Shown here piece after piece: positions 27,854 through 39,044 of a stretch of DNA of 64,000 bases. A program made the translations under genes and the position numbers. The notes below the pieces were generated by a model, which made no database searches, was not told where the DNA came from, and saw nothing but the letters and a program-made list of their open reading frames with translations. Each line of letters starts with the position of its first letter. Position 1 is the first letter of the stretch. The stretch comes from Malacoraja senta. Lineage: Eukaryota. Location of the stretch: contig CM075993.1 of NCBI GenBank assembly GCA_038087875.1, positions 7,814,001 through 7,878,000 on the forward strand, in the 5' to 3' direction.

Positions 27854-27957
27854 TGAAACCTGCACCTGGACTTGACGATGTATTTTTGGCCACACTTCTG
27901 CAAGCATGGAGTCACCATGAAAGAAGTTGCGATCCATGCTTTTTAATCATTGTCACC

Positions 27958-28329
27958 ATATAAAATTGTTAAGGGCTTGGACACGCTAGAGGCAGGAAAC
28001 ATTTTCCCGATGTTGGGCGGAGTCCAGAACCAGGGGCCACAGTTTAAGAATAAGGAGCAAGCCATTTAGAACGGAGACGAGGAAACGCTTTTTCTCACAG
28101 AGAGTGGCGAGTCTGTGGAATTCTCTGCCTCAGAGATCGGTGGAGGCAGGTTCTCTGGATGCTTTCAAGAGAGAGCTAAATAGGGTTCTTAAAAATAGCG
28201 GAGTCAGGGGATATGGGGAGAAGGCAGGAACAGGGTACTGATTGGGGATGATCAGCCATGATCACATTGAATGGCGGTGCTGGCTCAAAGGGCCGAATGG
28301 CCTACTCCTGCACCTATTGTCTATTGTCT
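27958..28329 (+). mobile_element. CR1 LINE 3' end
   Basis: Near-identical to 21597-21942 and 35644-35925. Confidence 0.85.
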
Positions 28330-28646
28330 ACCCTCTTCAAGAACCTCGCCAACCTTGTCCCCATCTACCTCTGCGATCTCCTCTCGCCCACGAACCTTGG
28401 AAGAAGGGTGCCTTCCACATCTGATCTCTTGATGATTCCTAAAGGTAGCTGCGCTGAGAGCTGGCCAGGCCATGCCATTCCTCTCCAAATTCACCCAACG
28501 CTCCCACAAATGTAGCTCTCTGATCAAGCTTTCAGGCGACCATCCTGCTCTCCCCATGTTGTCTCCCTGTCAAAGTTTGTTTCATGACCCTGTGGGATTT
28601 TTGCAACTTTTAAAAAGTCTGTAAAATAAAATCACAAGGCCAGCAG

Positions 28647-28935
28647 AGGGGCACAGCTGATGGACCTACTGCCTCACAGCGCCAGAGAGTCAGGCTCCAT
28701 CCTGACCTCTGCTGCTGTCTGAGTGGAGTTTTCACGTTCTCTCTGTGACTGTGTGGGTTTCCTTTGGTTTCCTCCCACATTCCAAAGACATGCAAGTTTG
28801 CAGGTTAATTGGCTTCTGTAAATTGCCCCCAGTGTGTAGGGAGTGGATGGGAACGTGGGATCTTGTGTGGACGGGTGGTCGGTCGATGGTGTGGTCTTGG
28901 TGGGCCAAATAGCATGTACCCATACTGTATCTTTC
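28647..28935 (+). mobile_element. tRNA SINE (HE1-like, older)
   Basis: Diverged family match. Confidence 0.75.
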
Positions 28936-28984
28936 AATCATTCATTCTTGTTCTCTAAAATGACATCCGGGGGCTCTGAGATGA

Positions 28985-29868
28985 CATCCGGGGGTGCTGC
29001 ATGATGGCTGCCTCTGCCTACAGTCTGTTTATTTTTCTTTTATTTTTTTTAGTTTGTTTAAAGTATGTTTTGGAGGATTTTTTTCAGTATTTTATGTGGG
29101 GTAGGGGGGTAGGGTAAGGGGGAAAGCGTTTCCCAGTCACTTCCTGGCGAGGATTCGACTATTCTCCGAGTCACGCCCTCGCCCCCCTCCTCGCGGCCTA
29201 CCACCTGGATTGGAGCGGCCTTTCCTGCCGGGGACCCGGAACAGAGCTTCAGCAGCGGTGGAGCAGCAGTGAATACATCGCGGAGCGGGCGATACCTCAC
29301 CTGGGATCGCCGTTTGAAGCTCCGGAGTGCTGGGCCTGCTGCATCGACATCGCGGAGCTGTGGTTCGCGGAGCTCCCAGCGCGGGCGGCGCTGACCAACA
29401 TCGCGGAGTCCTGGGATCCCTTTGCCGAGGGCCGCCAGCGTTGAATCTCCGCCCAGCTCGGCCTGTGGAATTTGGGAGCCGTGGACTCCAGTAGGAAGTG
29501 GCCGATTCGGAGGTCCAGGCCGCTGAGGATGTTCTTCCGTTCCGACGTCGGAGTTCCATAATCCCGGCGAGAGGGCCTGAACATCGGGCCGCCCGTAGCG
29601 GCGACTGCGGGGGGCTCGGGAGGCCCCGACCACGGGTGAACATCAAAGAACTTCAACGAGGAGGTTGACTGAACTTTGGTGCCTTCCCTCACAGTGGGAA
29701 ACTTTGATACAGCTGTGGGGATGATTATGTTATAGACTATCGTGTTCTGTGCTTTTATTCTTTTTTTTATTCGTATGGCTGTATGGGAAAAAGCATTTTG
29801 TTCTCTCAGTACTTGTACTATGGACAATGACAATAAAGTTGAATCAAATCAAATCAAATCAAATCAAA
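28985..29868 (+). mobile_element. GC/CpG-rich non-coding retroposon with a Rex1-like 3' tail
   Basis: Ends gacaataaagttgaatc(aaatc)n. Its 3' part is shared with about 20590-20710 and 25227-25345; its 5' organisation is shared with 770-1305. Confidence 0.6.
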
Positions 29869-30352
29869 ATAAAATGCATCTTAGGCCACCGTCACAGCAG
29901 TCCATGTTCCCACCTTTAATACAGGAAGGGGTGGAGCTGGTGATGAAATGGAGCAAGCAGAGTTGAAGCAGAAGTATCTGTAGAATGATCTGCTGAAAAT
30001 ACTACACCTCAGCAACAGTAAACTGGGCCAAGTGGTTTGCAGTTAATTTTCTTGGTTAGGTGCTTGAAAGATTGAGATCCACAGTTTTATCAAGTGTGTG
30101 TTTCTCAGGCAGCTGGTTCTGTAGTATGTACGGCTGGCATATGGAGGTAATTTTTTTAAATAAAGCAAAAAAGAGTTGCCAGCAAAATGGTAACTTCCTG
30201 GATTTGATCTTCGGTGGAATGGGGGCTTTTGTTTCCTGTAAAATCACATGCAATTCTTGGCCACAGAATCAGGGACTGGTATTGTAAATGGTGTAATTTC
30301 TCTTGCAGCTCTTTAGGATGTTGGCTTGGCCGCATCTAGAATATTGCATACA

Positions 30353-30667
30353 GTTTAGTTTAGTTTAGAAATACAGTGCAAAACAGGCCCCCCGCGGGGC
30401 CCACCGAGTCTGCCGCTGACCAGCGATCCCTGCACACTTTTACTATCCTACACACACTAGGGACAATTTACAATTTTACCAAGCTAATTAACCTACAAAC
30501 CTGTACGTCTTTGGAGCGTGGGAGGAAACCGGAGCACCCAGAGAAAACCCACGCAGGTCACGGGGAGAATGTACAAACTCTATCCAGACAGCACCCGTAG
30601 TCGGGATCGAACCTGGGTCTCTGGCGCTATGAGGCAGCAACTCTACCGCTGCGCCACCGTGCCGCCC
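30353..30667 (-). mobile_element. tRNA SINE (HE1-like), full length
   Basis: Head gggcggcacggtggcgcagcggtagag and B-box ggttcgatcc on minus; (gttta)n tail. Confidence 0.9.
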
Positions 30668-31079
30668 TTGTTCTCGTTCTGGTCTGCTCCATTACAGGAA
30701 AGATGTGGAGACCTTGGAGCGTGAGCAGAGGAGGTTTACATATGTTTTGCAGTTATTTGTCTTGGTTAGGTGCTTGAAAGATTGCGATCTGCAGTTTTAT
30801 CAAGTGACTGGGCCTGTTTCTCGTTCTGTAATTGTAAGGCTGGCATACTGAGGTGATTTTTAGAAAGAAAGCAAAAAAAAAAAAAAAATTGCCAGCAAAA
30901 TGGTTACTTCCTGCATAAGATCTACTGTGGAATGAGGCGTTTTGTTTCCTGTGAAATCACTTGCAATGTTGCCTGAATTGGACAGTTTCGTCTGTAGGGA
31001 GAGGTTGGACAGACTTGGATTGGTTTCTCTGGAACATCATAGGTTGAGCGGAGACTTGATAGAAGTATATACATTTATG

Positions 31080-31444
31080 GTGCAACACAATTCTGGAATT
31101 AAACCGATTCACGGACAGGGTGATGGGTGTGGTGAGAAATGAAGCAGGTATATCAACACGTAATGGTCCCCTTTTCTTTATTATTTTTTCGTTTTTGTCT
31201 TCTTATTTTTTTTTTTAAGGCTTTTACCTATTCACTCCTGGACTGTACTATTTGGTTGATTAGGGGTTTACACATTCACTATTTCTTTCACTTTCTCTCT
31301 TTCTCGCTCTTTCTCTCTTGTTCTATTTCATTTTTGTTAAATTAAAAATGGAAGATGTGCAATAAATGTATTTTGTCATATGCCGCGGTTTATACCACTG
31401 TACACCGCTTCTAATAAAAATATTAATAAAATTAAAAAAAAAAA
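31080..31444 (+). mobile_element. L1/Tx1-like 3' UTR with poly(A), inserted in an old CR1
   Basis: T-rich UTR, two aataaa signals, A-tail; perfect 19-bp TSD agaagtatatacatttatg (31061-31079 and 31445-31463). Confidence 0.8.
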
Positions 31445-31650
31445 AGAAGTATATACATTTATGAAATGCATAGAGGCGTAGACAGTCAGAATCTGTTTCC
31501 CAGGGTAGTGGGATGTCCAACACTAGAGGGCATAGCTATAAGATGAGAGGGGGAAAGTTTGACAGAGTAGTGGGGGACTAGAACGTATATTGCCAGGGTG
31601 ATAGCAACGTTTACGTTTAGATAGGCACATAGGCAGGGAATAGAAGGATA

Positions 31651-32015
31651 TGGATCTTATAGAAACGTACAAAATTCTTATGGGGTTGGACAGGCTAGAT
31701 GCAGGAAGATTGTTCCCGATGTTGGGGAAGTCCAGGACAAGGGGTCACAGCTTAAGGATAAGGGGGAAATCCTTTAAGACCGAGATGAGGAAAAACTTTT
31801 TCACACAGAGAGTGGTGAATCTCTGGAACTCTCTGCCACAGAGGGTAGTTGAGGCCAGTTCATTGGCTATATTTAAGAGGGAGTTAGATGTGGCCCTTGT
31901 GGCTAAGGGGATCAGGGGGTATGGAGAGAAGGCAGGTACGGGATACTGAGTTGGATGATCAGCCATGATCATAGTGAATGGCCTACTCCTGCACCTATTT
32001 TCTATGTATCTATGT
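31651..32015 (+). mobile_element. CR1 LINE 3' end nested in an older CR1 tail (about 30665-32110)
   Basis: DLIETYKIL.GLDRLDAGRLFPMLGKSRTRGHSLRI. Confidence 0.85.
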
Positions 32016-32536
32016 GTTCAGGGAGATGCCATCAGTTTAACTTGGCGCCATGTTTGGCACGAACATTTTGGGCCGAAGGGCCCGTACCTGTGCTGTACTG
32101 TTCTACGTTCTATAGCAGCTGGGAGATATCATGCACTAAGTTTAAGGAAGCTTCTTACTCAGTTTGTACTGGTGTTGGGGCATTTTTTATAACCACAGAG
32201 TGGAGGTTTGATTTTGTTTGAATCAAACATGAGTCAAGAATGGGAATATTGTTTGACTTCCCACTTGTTCTTTGTGTTTGCTCAAAATATCTTTAAGTTA
32301 GATATAAAGACGATGCACTGTTTCTGAAATTCCTTAACCTTTCTACTAATGGGACAAAATTGCAAAGCTTGAATGAATAACGGATGGCCTTGACTTGTCT
32401 TTGATTAGTCGCCTGCATAGTATGTTCTCTCAATCCTCTACTAAGGTATATTTGATCTCCACTTTAAGGCAGGTCCCGTCAATGATGAAAACTGAGATGA
32501 CTGTGAATTTAACCTCCGCTAATCTAAGACCACCAG

Positions 32537-32950
32537 GGAACAGTGGCGCATTGGTATAGCTGCTGCCTCACAGTGCCAGAGACCCGGGTTCGATCCTGAC
32601 CATGGGCGCTTGTCTTGTACGTTCTCCCTGTGACCTGCGTGGGTTTTCTCCGAGATCTTTGGTTTCCTCCCACACTCCAAAAACGTACAGGTCTGTAGGT
32701 TTAAGAAGGAACTGCTGATGCTGGAAAATCGAAGGTAGACAAAAGTGCTGGAGAAACCCAGCGGGCGCAGCAGCATCTATGGAGCGAAGAAAATAGGCAA
32801 CGTTTCGGGCCGAAACCCTTCTTCAGACTGACCAGGTCTGTAGGTTAATTGGCTTGGTATAAAAAAAAGTGAAATTATCCCTAGTGCATCGCTGGTCTGT
32901 TCGGGCTCAGTGGGCCGAAGGGCCTGTTTCCCCGCTGTATCTCTAAAACT
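32537..32950 (+). mobile_element. tRNA SINE (HE1-like) interrupted by a Penelope terminal repeat
   Basis: SINE sequence resumes after the TSD at 32846. Confidence 0.85.
32702..32832 (-). mobile_element. Solo Penelope terminal repeat inserted into a tRNA SINE
   Basis: 14-bp TSD caggtctgtaggtt (32688-32701 and 32833-32846). Confidence 0.85.
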
Positions 32951-33285
32951 AAAAGAAAAAAAACTAAAAAGGGCGATGAAAGGATTACACAGCGCAGTTC
33001 ACCTTTATTTGCCCTGTTAATGTTCATCACTAGACCATGACAATCATCAAGTGGCCTGGTTTCATGTTGACTCGATGGGTGGGTGGGTGACAACGTTGGG
33101 GAGGAACATAAAGATAAAAATAATCTGAATGAAGGTGATGCCAAATAGTCGACGGTAGACAAAAATGCTGGAGAAACTCAGCGGGTGAGGCAGCATCTAT
33201 GGAGCGAAGGAATAGGTGACGTTTCGGGTCGAGACCTCAATAATTGAGGTCATTTTTCCCCCCATGTTTTTGAAAGTAGTTTAAG

Positions 33286-33500
33286 ATGTGGAATTCCCTG
33301 CCACAGAGGGCAGTGGAGGCCAAATCACTGGATGGATTTAAGACAGAGTTAGATAGAGCTCTAGGGGCTAGTGGAGTCAAGGGATATGGGGAGAAGGCAG
33401 ACACGGGTTATTGATTGGGGACGATCAGCCATGATCGCAATGAATGGCGGTGCCGGCTCGAAGGGCCGAATGGCCTCCTCCTGCACCTATTTTCTATGTG
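33286..33500 (+). mobile_element. CR1 LINE 3' end
   Basis: Matches 58376-58585. Confidence 0.8.
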
Positions 33501-33869
33501 TTCATAGATTTGCTAACAGTTGAAAACATTGATGGTAAATGGAGTAAGAACTTCCCGTATTTGTGCTTAAAATGGGATCAGTTTGGCAACTCAACAAATG
33601 TTGCAACCCAGCATCGTAATACCTAACCATTCCTCTGAAATATGAGTGCAAAGATTTACTGAAACACTTGTAAGATATTTGTCATTAAGGGGAACTAATG
33701 GGGGAAACTTGTCATGCATGTGATATTGTGAAAGCTGGAGTTGAGTCTTTCCCATCTGAACGATGACCAAATCCTGAGGGGAGGGGGCAGGATGGAGCAA
33801 AATAAATATATCCTTAATTAATGAGGCTGATTGGTCTCCATGTCTCAGCACTTAACAGCTGTTTGGTAA

Positions 33870-34532
33870 CGCCCCTGTCCCACTTACGTGTCCTTGGCAC
33901 GCTAATTACGAGACCGTCCCGCGAAGGTCGCGCTCGACTTCATGCGCCGTCTGGAGCGCGTGACATCATTTGAAGATGGACACAAAATGCTGGAGTAACT
34001 CAGCGGGACCAGCAGCATCACTGGAGAGAAGCAATGGGTGATGTTTTGGGTCGAGACTCTTCTTCACTCTGAAAGAAAGGTCTCGACCCGAAACGTCATC
34101 CATTCCTTCTCTCCAGAGATGCTGCCGATTCCCGCTGAGTTACTCCAGCATTTTGTGTCTACCTTCAATTGTCTTGGCCCCGCTCTGGGAGTAGAAGTGG
34201 GGGCGGATCCAGACCGCAATGGCCGTGAGCCCCAGGCTGAGTTCGGCGATTGTCTGCCTGCTTCTGCTGTTGTTGGAGGTGAGACGTTGCGTCGCGCCAG
34301 GGTCTTGGGCCTGTCCCACTTTGGCCGTCAGTTACGCGACAGGCCGTTGGCGCGCGAAGATTTCGTTCGCCACAAAATTTCGGAGCGCCGCGCGATGTCG
34401 CGCACAACTCCATACCCCTCCGCGCTTCTCAGTGGGACCGGCCCCGCGCGGCCACACGATGCCCGTGCGCCTCAACACGACGACAAGGTCGCGTAATATG
34501 CGTGCCAAGGACACGTAGGTGGGACAGGGCCT
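33870..34532. mobile_element. Harbinger-type non-autonomous element, composite
   Basis: TIR ccctgtcccac[t/c]tacgtgtccttggcacgc; flanks TAA/TTA. Contains a fold-back Penelope repeat (about 33973-34168) and an internal TIR-like pair (34307-34444). Confidence 0.78.
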
Positions 34533-34549
34533 TTACTCTTAAGCTTATA

Positions 34550-34830
34550 CTGGTCCACCACTGATTTTTTTTCCAGCAACTGGTGGTCCGGCACCGCCTT
34601 TAATCTGGTTAAAATTACGAGTGCACTTGAAATGCCTCCTGGGAGTTCCCCTGAAAATATGGCACCTACGCCGGGCGGGGCTGGCCGATCTCGACCTCGT
34701 CGGGACCGCCGCGGCCGATCGGCCCTCCCACCTGTGGCCGGGGGCTCTGGAACTCCAGCCCGGCCGGAGCTGGCAGATCCGTTCCCATGACCGACTTTTG
34801 GCAACGATCGGCGGGTTGAATTTGCCACCT
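34550..34830. mobile_element. Partial copy of the 16895-17353 MITE family, in opposite orientation
   Basis: TA|ctggtccaccac... aligns with the reverse complement of 17170-17353; second end not found. Confidence 0.65.
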
Positions 34831-35307
34831 GTGGCCGGGACTCTGGAGGGACAGTCAGAGGGAACGGGGATTTAAAAAGAGCGCCAAAGGCAAGGCTCCA
34901 GTGTTTAACGTGAAGGTCGGAGAAAAGCAGCAGCCAGAAGCAGCCAGAGCGAGTGTTGGCTGAAAGAAGGTGAGTCAGAGGGAACGGAGATTTATAAAGA
35001 GCGCCAAAGGCACAGGTTCAAGTCACTTACAAATTAGCCTTAAAGTAGTTGATTAGGTAGCAGATAAAATAAGTGCAGCTGTGGTGGAGCAGCCTTGTAG
35101 AGGTGAAGTGCCTTGGGTGGTAAAGTGTGAGTCTTTGGCGAGGAGGGTGCACTTGATTTGAATTTGTGATTTCTTTTTGTCCACTGAAGAAATCCTTCTG
35201 TATTGCAATGTTGCCCATGTTGTGGAAAATGGTTTTTGAACTCCCAATGCATATTCACCACGTGTTCTTTTTGTTATTTCTAATTATCCTCTTCTCTTTC
35301 TCTGCAG

Positions 35308-35539
35308 CAATGGTGTTAACGTGGAGGGAGCGACGCACAAGCAGGTCGTGGACCTGATTCGGGCAGGCGACCGGGAGCTGATTCTGACGGTGCTGTCAGT
35401 CCCACAGCAAGAAGCTGATCGCCTGGACCCTGGCGACGATTCCTCTGGGAGCATCTACTACGACTACAGTGAGAAGCGGGCCGTGCCCATCTCCATCCCC
35501 AGCTACAAACACGTCGAGCGCAACGGGGAGAAGTTTGTG
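35308..35539 (+). CDS. SNX27: Sorting nexin-27 coding exon (equivalent to mammalian exon 2): PDZ C-terminal part, linker, start of PX
   Basis: Polypyrimidine tract plus tgcag acceptor (AG 35306-35307) and gtgagg donor at 35540; 232 nt. Translates [32 protein letters not shown]...[12 protein letters not shown], closely matching vertebrate SNX27. Ends in phase 0, in frame with the next exon. Confidence 0.95.
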
Positions 35540-35643
35540 GTGAGGAGATGTTCCTTCCATTCTTGTTGATGCAAAATCAAGGATTGATTTTTCAGATTAT
35601 GGAATCGGAGAGATTCTGTTGGGAAACAGGCCCTTCGACCTTA

Positions 35644-35925
35644 TTTAAGAATAAGGAGTAAGCCCTTTAGAACGGAGACGAGGAAACACTTTTTCTCACA
35701 GAGGGTGGTGAGTCTGTGGAATTCTCTGCCTCAGTGGGCGGTGGAGGCAGGTTCTCTGGATCTAGAGCTAGATAGGGCTCTTAAAAATAGCGGAGTCAGG
35801 GGATATGGGGAGAAGGCAGGAACGGGGTACTGATTAGGGATGATCAGCCATGATCACATTGAATGGCGGTGCTGGCTCGAAGGGCCAAATGGCCTCTTCC
35901 TGCACCTATTGTCTATTGCCTATTG
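35644..35925 (+). mobile_element. CR1 LINE 3' end inserted in a minus-strand SINE tail
   Basis: Same subfamily as 27958-28329. Confidence 0.8.
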
Positions 35926-36124
35926 ACTCACTGAGTCCATGCTGACGATTTTGCCTTTCACCCCTCCCCCCCCCCATCTTTTACATCAATACAATAATCT
36001 TTTTTATCCTCCCACAATTTCAACTTTTTCCTGCCACTTCCCCAAAGACAGAATTCTACCACATACACGCTAGTGACGTGTACAATGGCTGGTTAGCCTA
36101 TCAATTTGCATGGCTTTGGGATTT

Positions 36125-36309
36125 AAGAAGGAACTGCAGATGCTGGAAAATTGAAGGTAGACAAAAATGCTGGAGAAACTCAGCGGGTGCAGCAGCATCT
36201 ATGGAGCGAGGGAAATAGGCAACGTTTCGGGCCGAAACGTTGCCTATTTCCCTCGCTCCATAGATGCTGCTGCACCCGCTGAGTTTCTCCAGCATTTTTG
36301 TCTACCTCC
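36125..36309. mobile_element. Fold-back Penelope terminal-repeat insertion containing a perfect 153-bp palindrome
   Basis: Arms 36155-36230 and 36232-36307; 17-bp TSD gcatggctttgggattt (36108-36124 and 36310-36326). Confidence 0.9.
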
Positions 36310-37060
36310 GCATGGCTTTGGGATTTGGGAAGGCCCAGATGAAAGCCATGGTCACAGGGAGAACGTGCAATCTCAATGCAGGCAGCTCCTGAGATCAGGA
36401 TTGAACATGAATCTCTGGAGCTGAGGTCACGGTTCCACGAGCCACGGCTGCCCAGCTCTGTTCAACACAGCCGCAAGTTACACGCTAATATTAGCAACCT
36501 ACTTAGAGCTCTGCATAAACAAAATGGCAAGAAATTCCCTGAAACAACAAAACATAAGGGTCGACAGTCAGCACCCTTTACCCAAGGTGAAAATAACTGG
36601 GGGGGCATAGCTTTAGGTGAGAGGGGCAAAGTTTAAAGGAGATTTTAAGGGCAGTTTTTTTTTCGTGCAGAGTGTGGTGGGTCCGTGGAGGCATTTAAGA
36701 AGATTTAAGAGGCATATAGATATATAAGGAATGGGGGAGATATGCAGGTCAAATTAGGTAAAATTAATCAAACAGTGAGATTAGTTTAACGGTGTCATAT
36801 TTGACACAGACAATGAGGGTTCTCTGTTCTGTAACGCATTTCCTTGCACAACTTTGAGGTGGATGGCACATGCTAGTGAGGTTTAATGTCTAGTGGCCAT
36901 GATAGTTGCAAAGTCAGGCTGCATTGTGTGGTCTGGAGCAGAGTATGAGAGCTGGTGAATCGGTCAGAAGTGGGAAGTTTAGATGTACTGACTAATTTGA
37001 TCTGTATCTCTCCCCAATTATGTATTTGCAGCATAGCTGCTGTGAGAAGAACAGCTGCAG

Positions 37061-37150
37061 GTGTGTGTGTGTGTGTGTGAGCGTGCATATATATATGTGT
37101 GTGTGTGTGTGCATGCGTGTGTACGATCATGTGTGCGTATGCGTGTTTGT
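37061..37150. repeat. Imperfect (GT)n/(AT)n microsatellite
   Basis: Direct reading. Confidence 0.9.
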
Positions 37151-37394
37151 CTCTGATTTCCAGGAGGCTTTTAAGAACTGGAGATTCTCACAATGCAAGT
37201 AATATTTTAACTGCCTCGGGAAGATTGCAGGGTTTGAGTTAAGTTAATGACTTTAACATTAAGGTGAGAAAACTACGAACTTCAACTAAATTACAAACTG
37301 CCTGGGTTACACTGGAGACTTCGGGCTTTGTTTTGTCTCTGCATTATATTGGGGGTTTTATTTATTGCAACATTTTGTTTGTTGTGTTATGCAG

Positions 37395-37620
37395 TTTTAG
37401 AGATACAGCATGGAAACAGGCCCTTTGGCCCACTAAGTCCATGCTGACCAACGATCACCCATACACTAGTTCTGTCCTACTCACCAGGGACAATTTACAG
37501 AAGTGAATTAACCTCCAAACCTGCACGTTTTTGGAATGTGGGAGGAAACCCACACGGTCACAAGGAGAACGTACAAACTCCATACAGACAGCACCTGTAG
37601 TCAGGATCGAACCTGAACCA
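37395..37620 (-). mobile_element. tRNA SINE (HE1-like), partial
   Basis: Family match. Confidence 0.8.
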
Positions 37621-38193
37621 GGAGAGAACCATCAGTTGTTTGAATAATGCAGTGAGATCTTTTATGAGAGATCTCTTGTCCTCTGAAAGATAGCACCTGT
37701 GTCACTGCAGCACTCATAGAGTCATACAGCGTGCAAACAGGCCCTTCGGCCCAACTTCCCCACACCGACCAACATTTCCCATCTACACTAGTCCAGCTGC
37801 CTGCATTTGGCCGATATCCCTCCAATCCTGCCCTGTTCATATACCAGTTTAATTGTTTCTTAAACATTGCAATAGTCTCCACCTCAACTAGCTCCTCTGG
37901 CAGCTTGTTCCTTACACCCACCCCCCTTTGTGTGAAAAAATTACCCCGCAGATTCCTACTGAATCTTTCCCCTTTCACCTTAAACCTGTGGTTCTCGATT
38001 CCTCTCCTCTGGGCTAGAGACTCTGTGCGTTTACCCGATCTATTCCTCTCATGATTCCAAGATTACTCCTCAACCTCCTGTGCTCTGAATAATAAAATCC
38101 AGCCAGCTTAACCTCTCCCTTAAAATTCCAGTGTCATTGTGGATTACATGCTTGAAGGGAGATTTTAAATCCATGAGACTCTACCCATTAAAT

Positions 38194-38427
38194 CAGGGAT
38201 TCCCAACCTTTTTCGTCCTGTTTACCCCAGGCAACTTTAATAGCACATAACAACGTTATTTCACTTATTTATGAACAACTAATGATGAACAGATACGAGT
38301 ATACCAGAACCAAGCGCAGTTGGTCAATGAGAACAAATATGTACAAATCCAGAAACAATGTAATTCACCCCCTGGGTAGGTGAAATATACCCCTGGAAGC
38401 AAATTTACCCCAGGTTGGGAACCCTTG
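38194..38427. mobile_element. hAT (Charlie-like) MITE
   Basis: TIR ca[g/a]gg[a/g]ttcccaacct; 8-bp TSD [c/t]attaaat (38186-38193 and 38428-38435). Confidence 0.85.
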
Positions 38428-38805
38428 TATTAAATCATAGCTGACACTTTTTATCCATTTAATTATTTAATTATTTATTTCGAGCAGATTAAAAGAATAA
38501 AAAGCAAGTGTGAAACAGCATACAAAAAAACAAAACAAGAATATTTATAAAGTGTCAAACAATATCTATAAATAAATGAAATTGTATGTGTCCGAAAAGG
38601 AGCAGGAAGAAGCCAAAGCTTATTAATTCCCACCCCTTATTCAACTGCTTATAATTATCTTATACAAATTTAGCAGCTATATGTACACCAGCAGCTATAT
38701 GTACACCAAATTATTTACATTTATACACTAATCAAATATTTACAAAGCCATACAAAAAAGGAGAGAAAAAGGCTAAAAGGCTACTTGGACCATCACAAAC
38801 TTTGA

Positions 38806-39008
38806 TTTAAGATAGACACAAAATACTGGAGCAGCTCAGACAGACAGGCAGGAGAGAAGGAATGGGTGACGTATCAGGTCGAGACCCGCCTGAAGAAGGG
38901 TCTCGACCTGACACGTCACCCATTCCTTCTCTCCAGAGATGCTGCCTGACCCGCTGAATCGCTCCAGCATTTTGTGTCTATATTCGGTGTAAACCAGCAT
39001 CCTTCCTA
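38806..39008. mobile_element. Fold-back Penelope terminal-repeat insertion just upstream of the PX exon
   Basis: Inverted arms; 12-bp TSD cacaaac[t/g]ttga (38794-38805 and 39009-39020). Confidence 0.8.
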
Positions 39009-39044
39009 CACAAACGTTGACGTTGCTGTGCTCCTTGTGTTTAG

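Noticed and set aside
29058..29833. Three long minus-strand ORFs
   Set aside because: All three frames open because of high GC; low-complexity R/P/G/A products inside a repeat.
30600..30667. tRNA genes suggested by A/B boxes
   Set aside because: Each continues into the SINE core and tail and lacks a proper acceptor stem; these are SINE heads.
1..35307. SNX27 first coding exon (PDZ N-terminus, GYGFNVRG-like)
   Set aside because: No such peptide in any listed ORF; it presumably lies upstream of the window.
36155..36307. miRNA precursor
   Set aside because: A perfect TE-derived palindrome; no evidence of precise processing from sequence alone.
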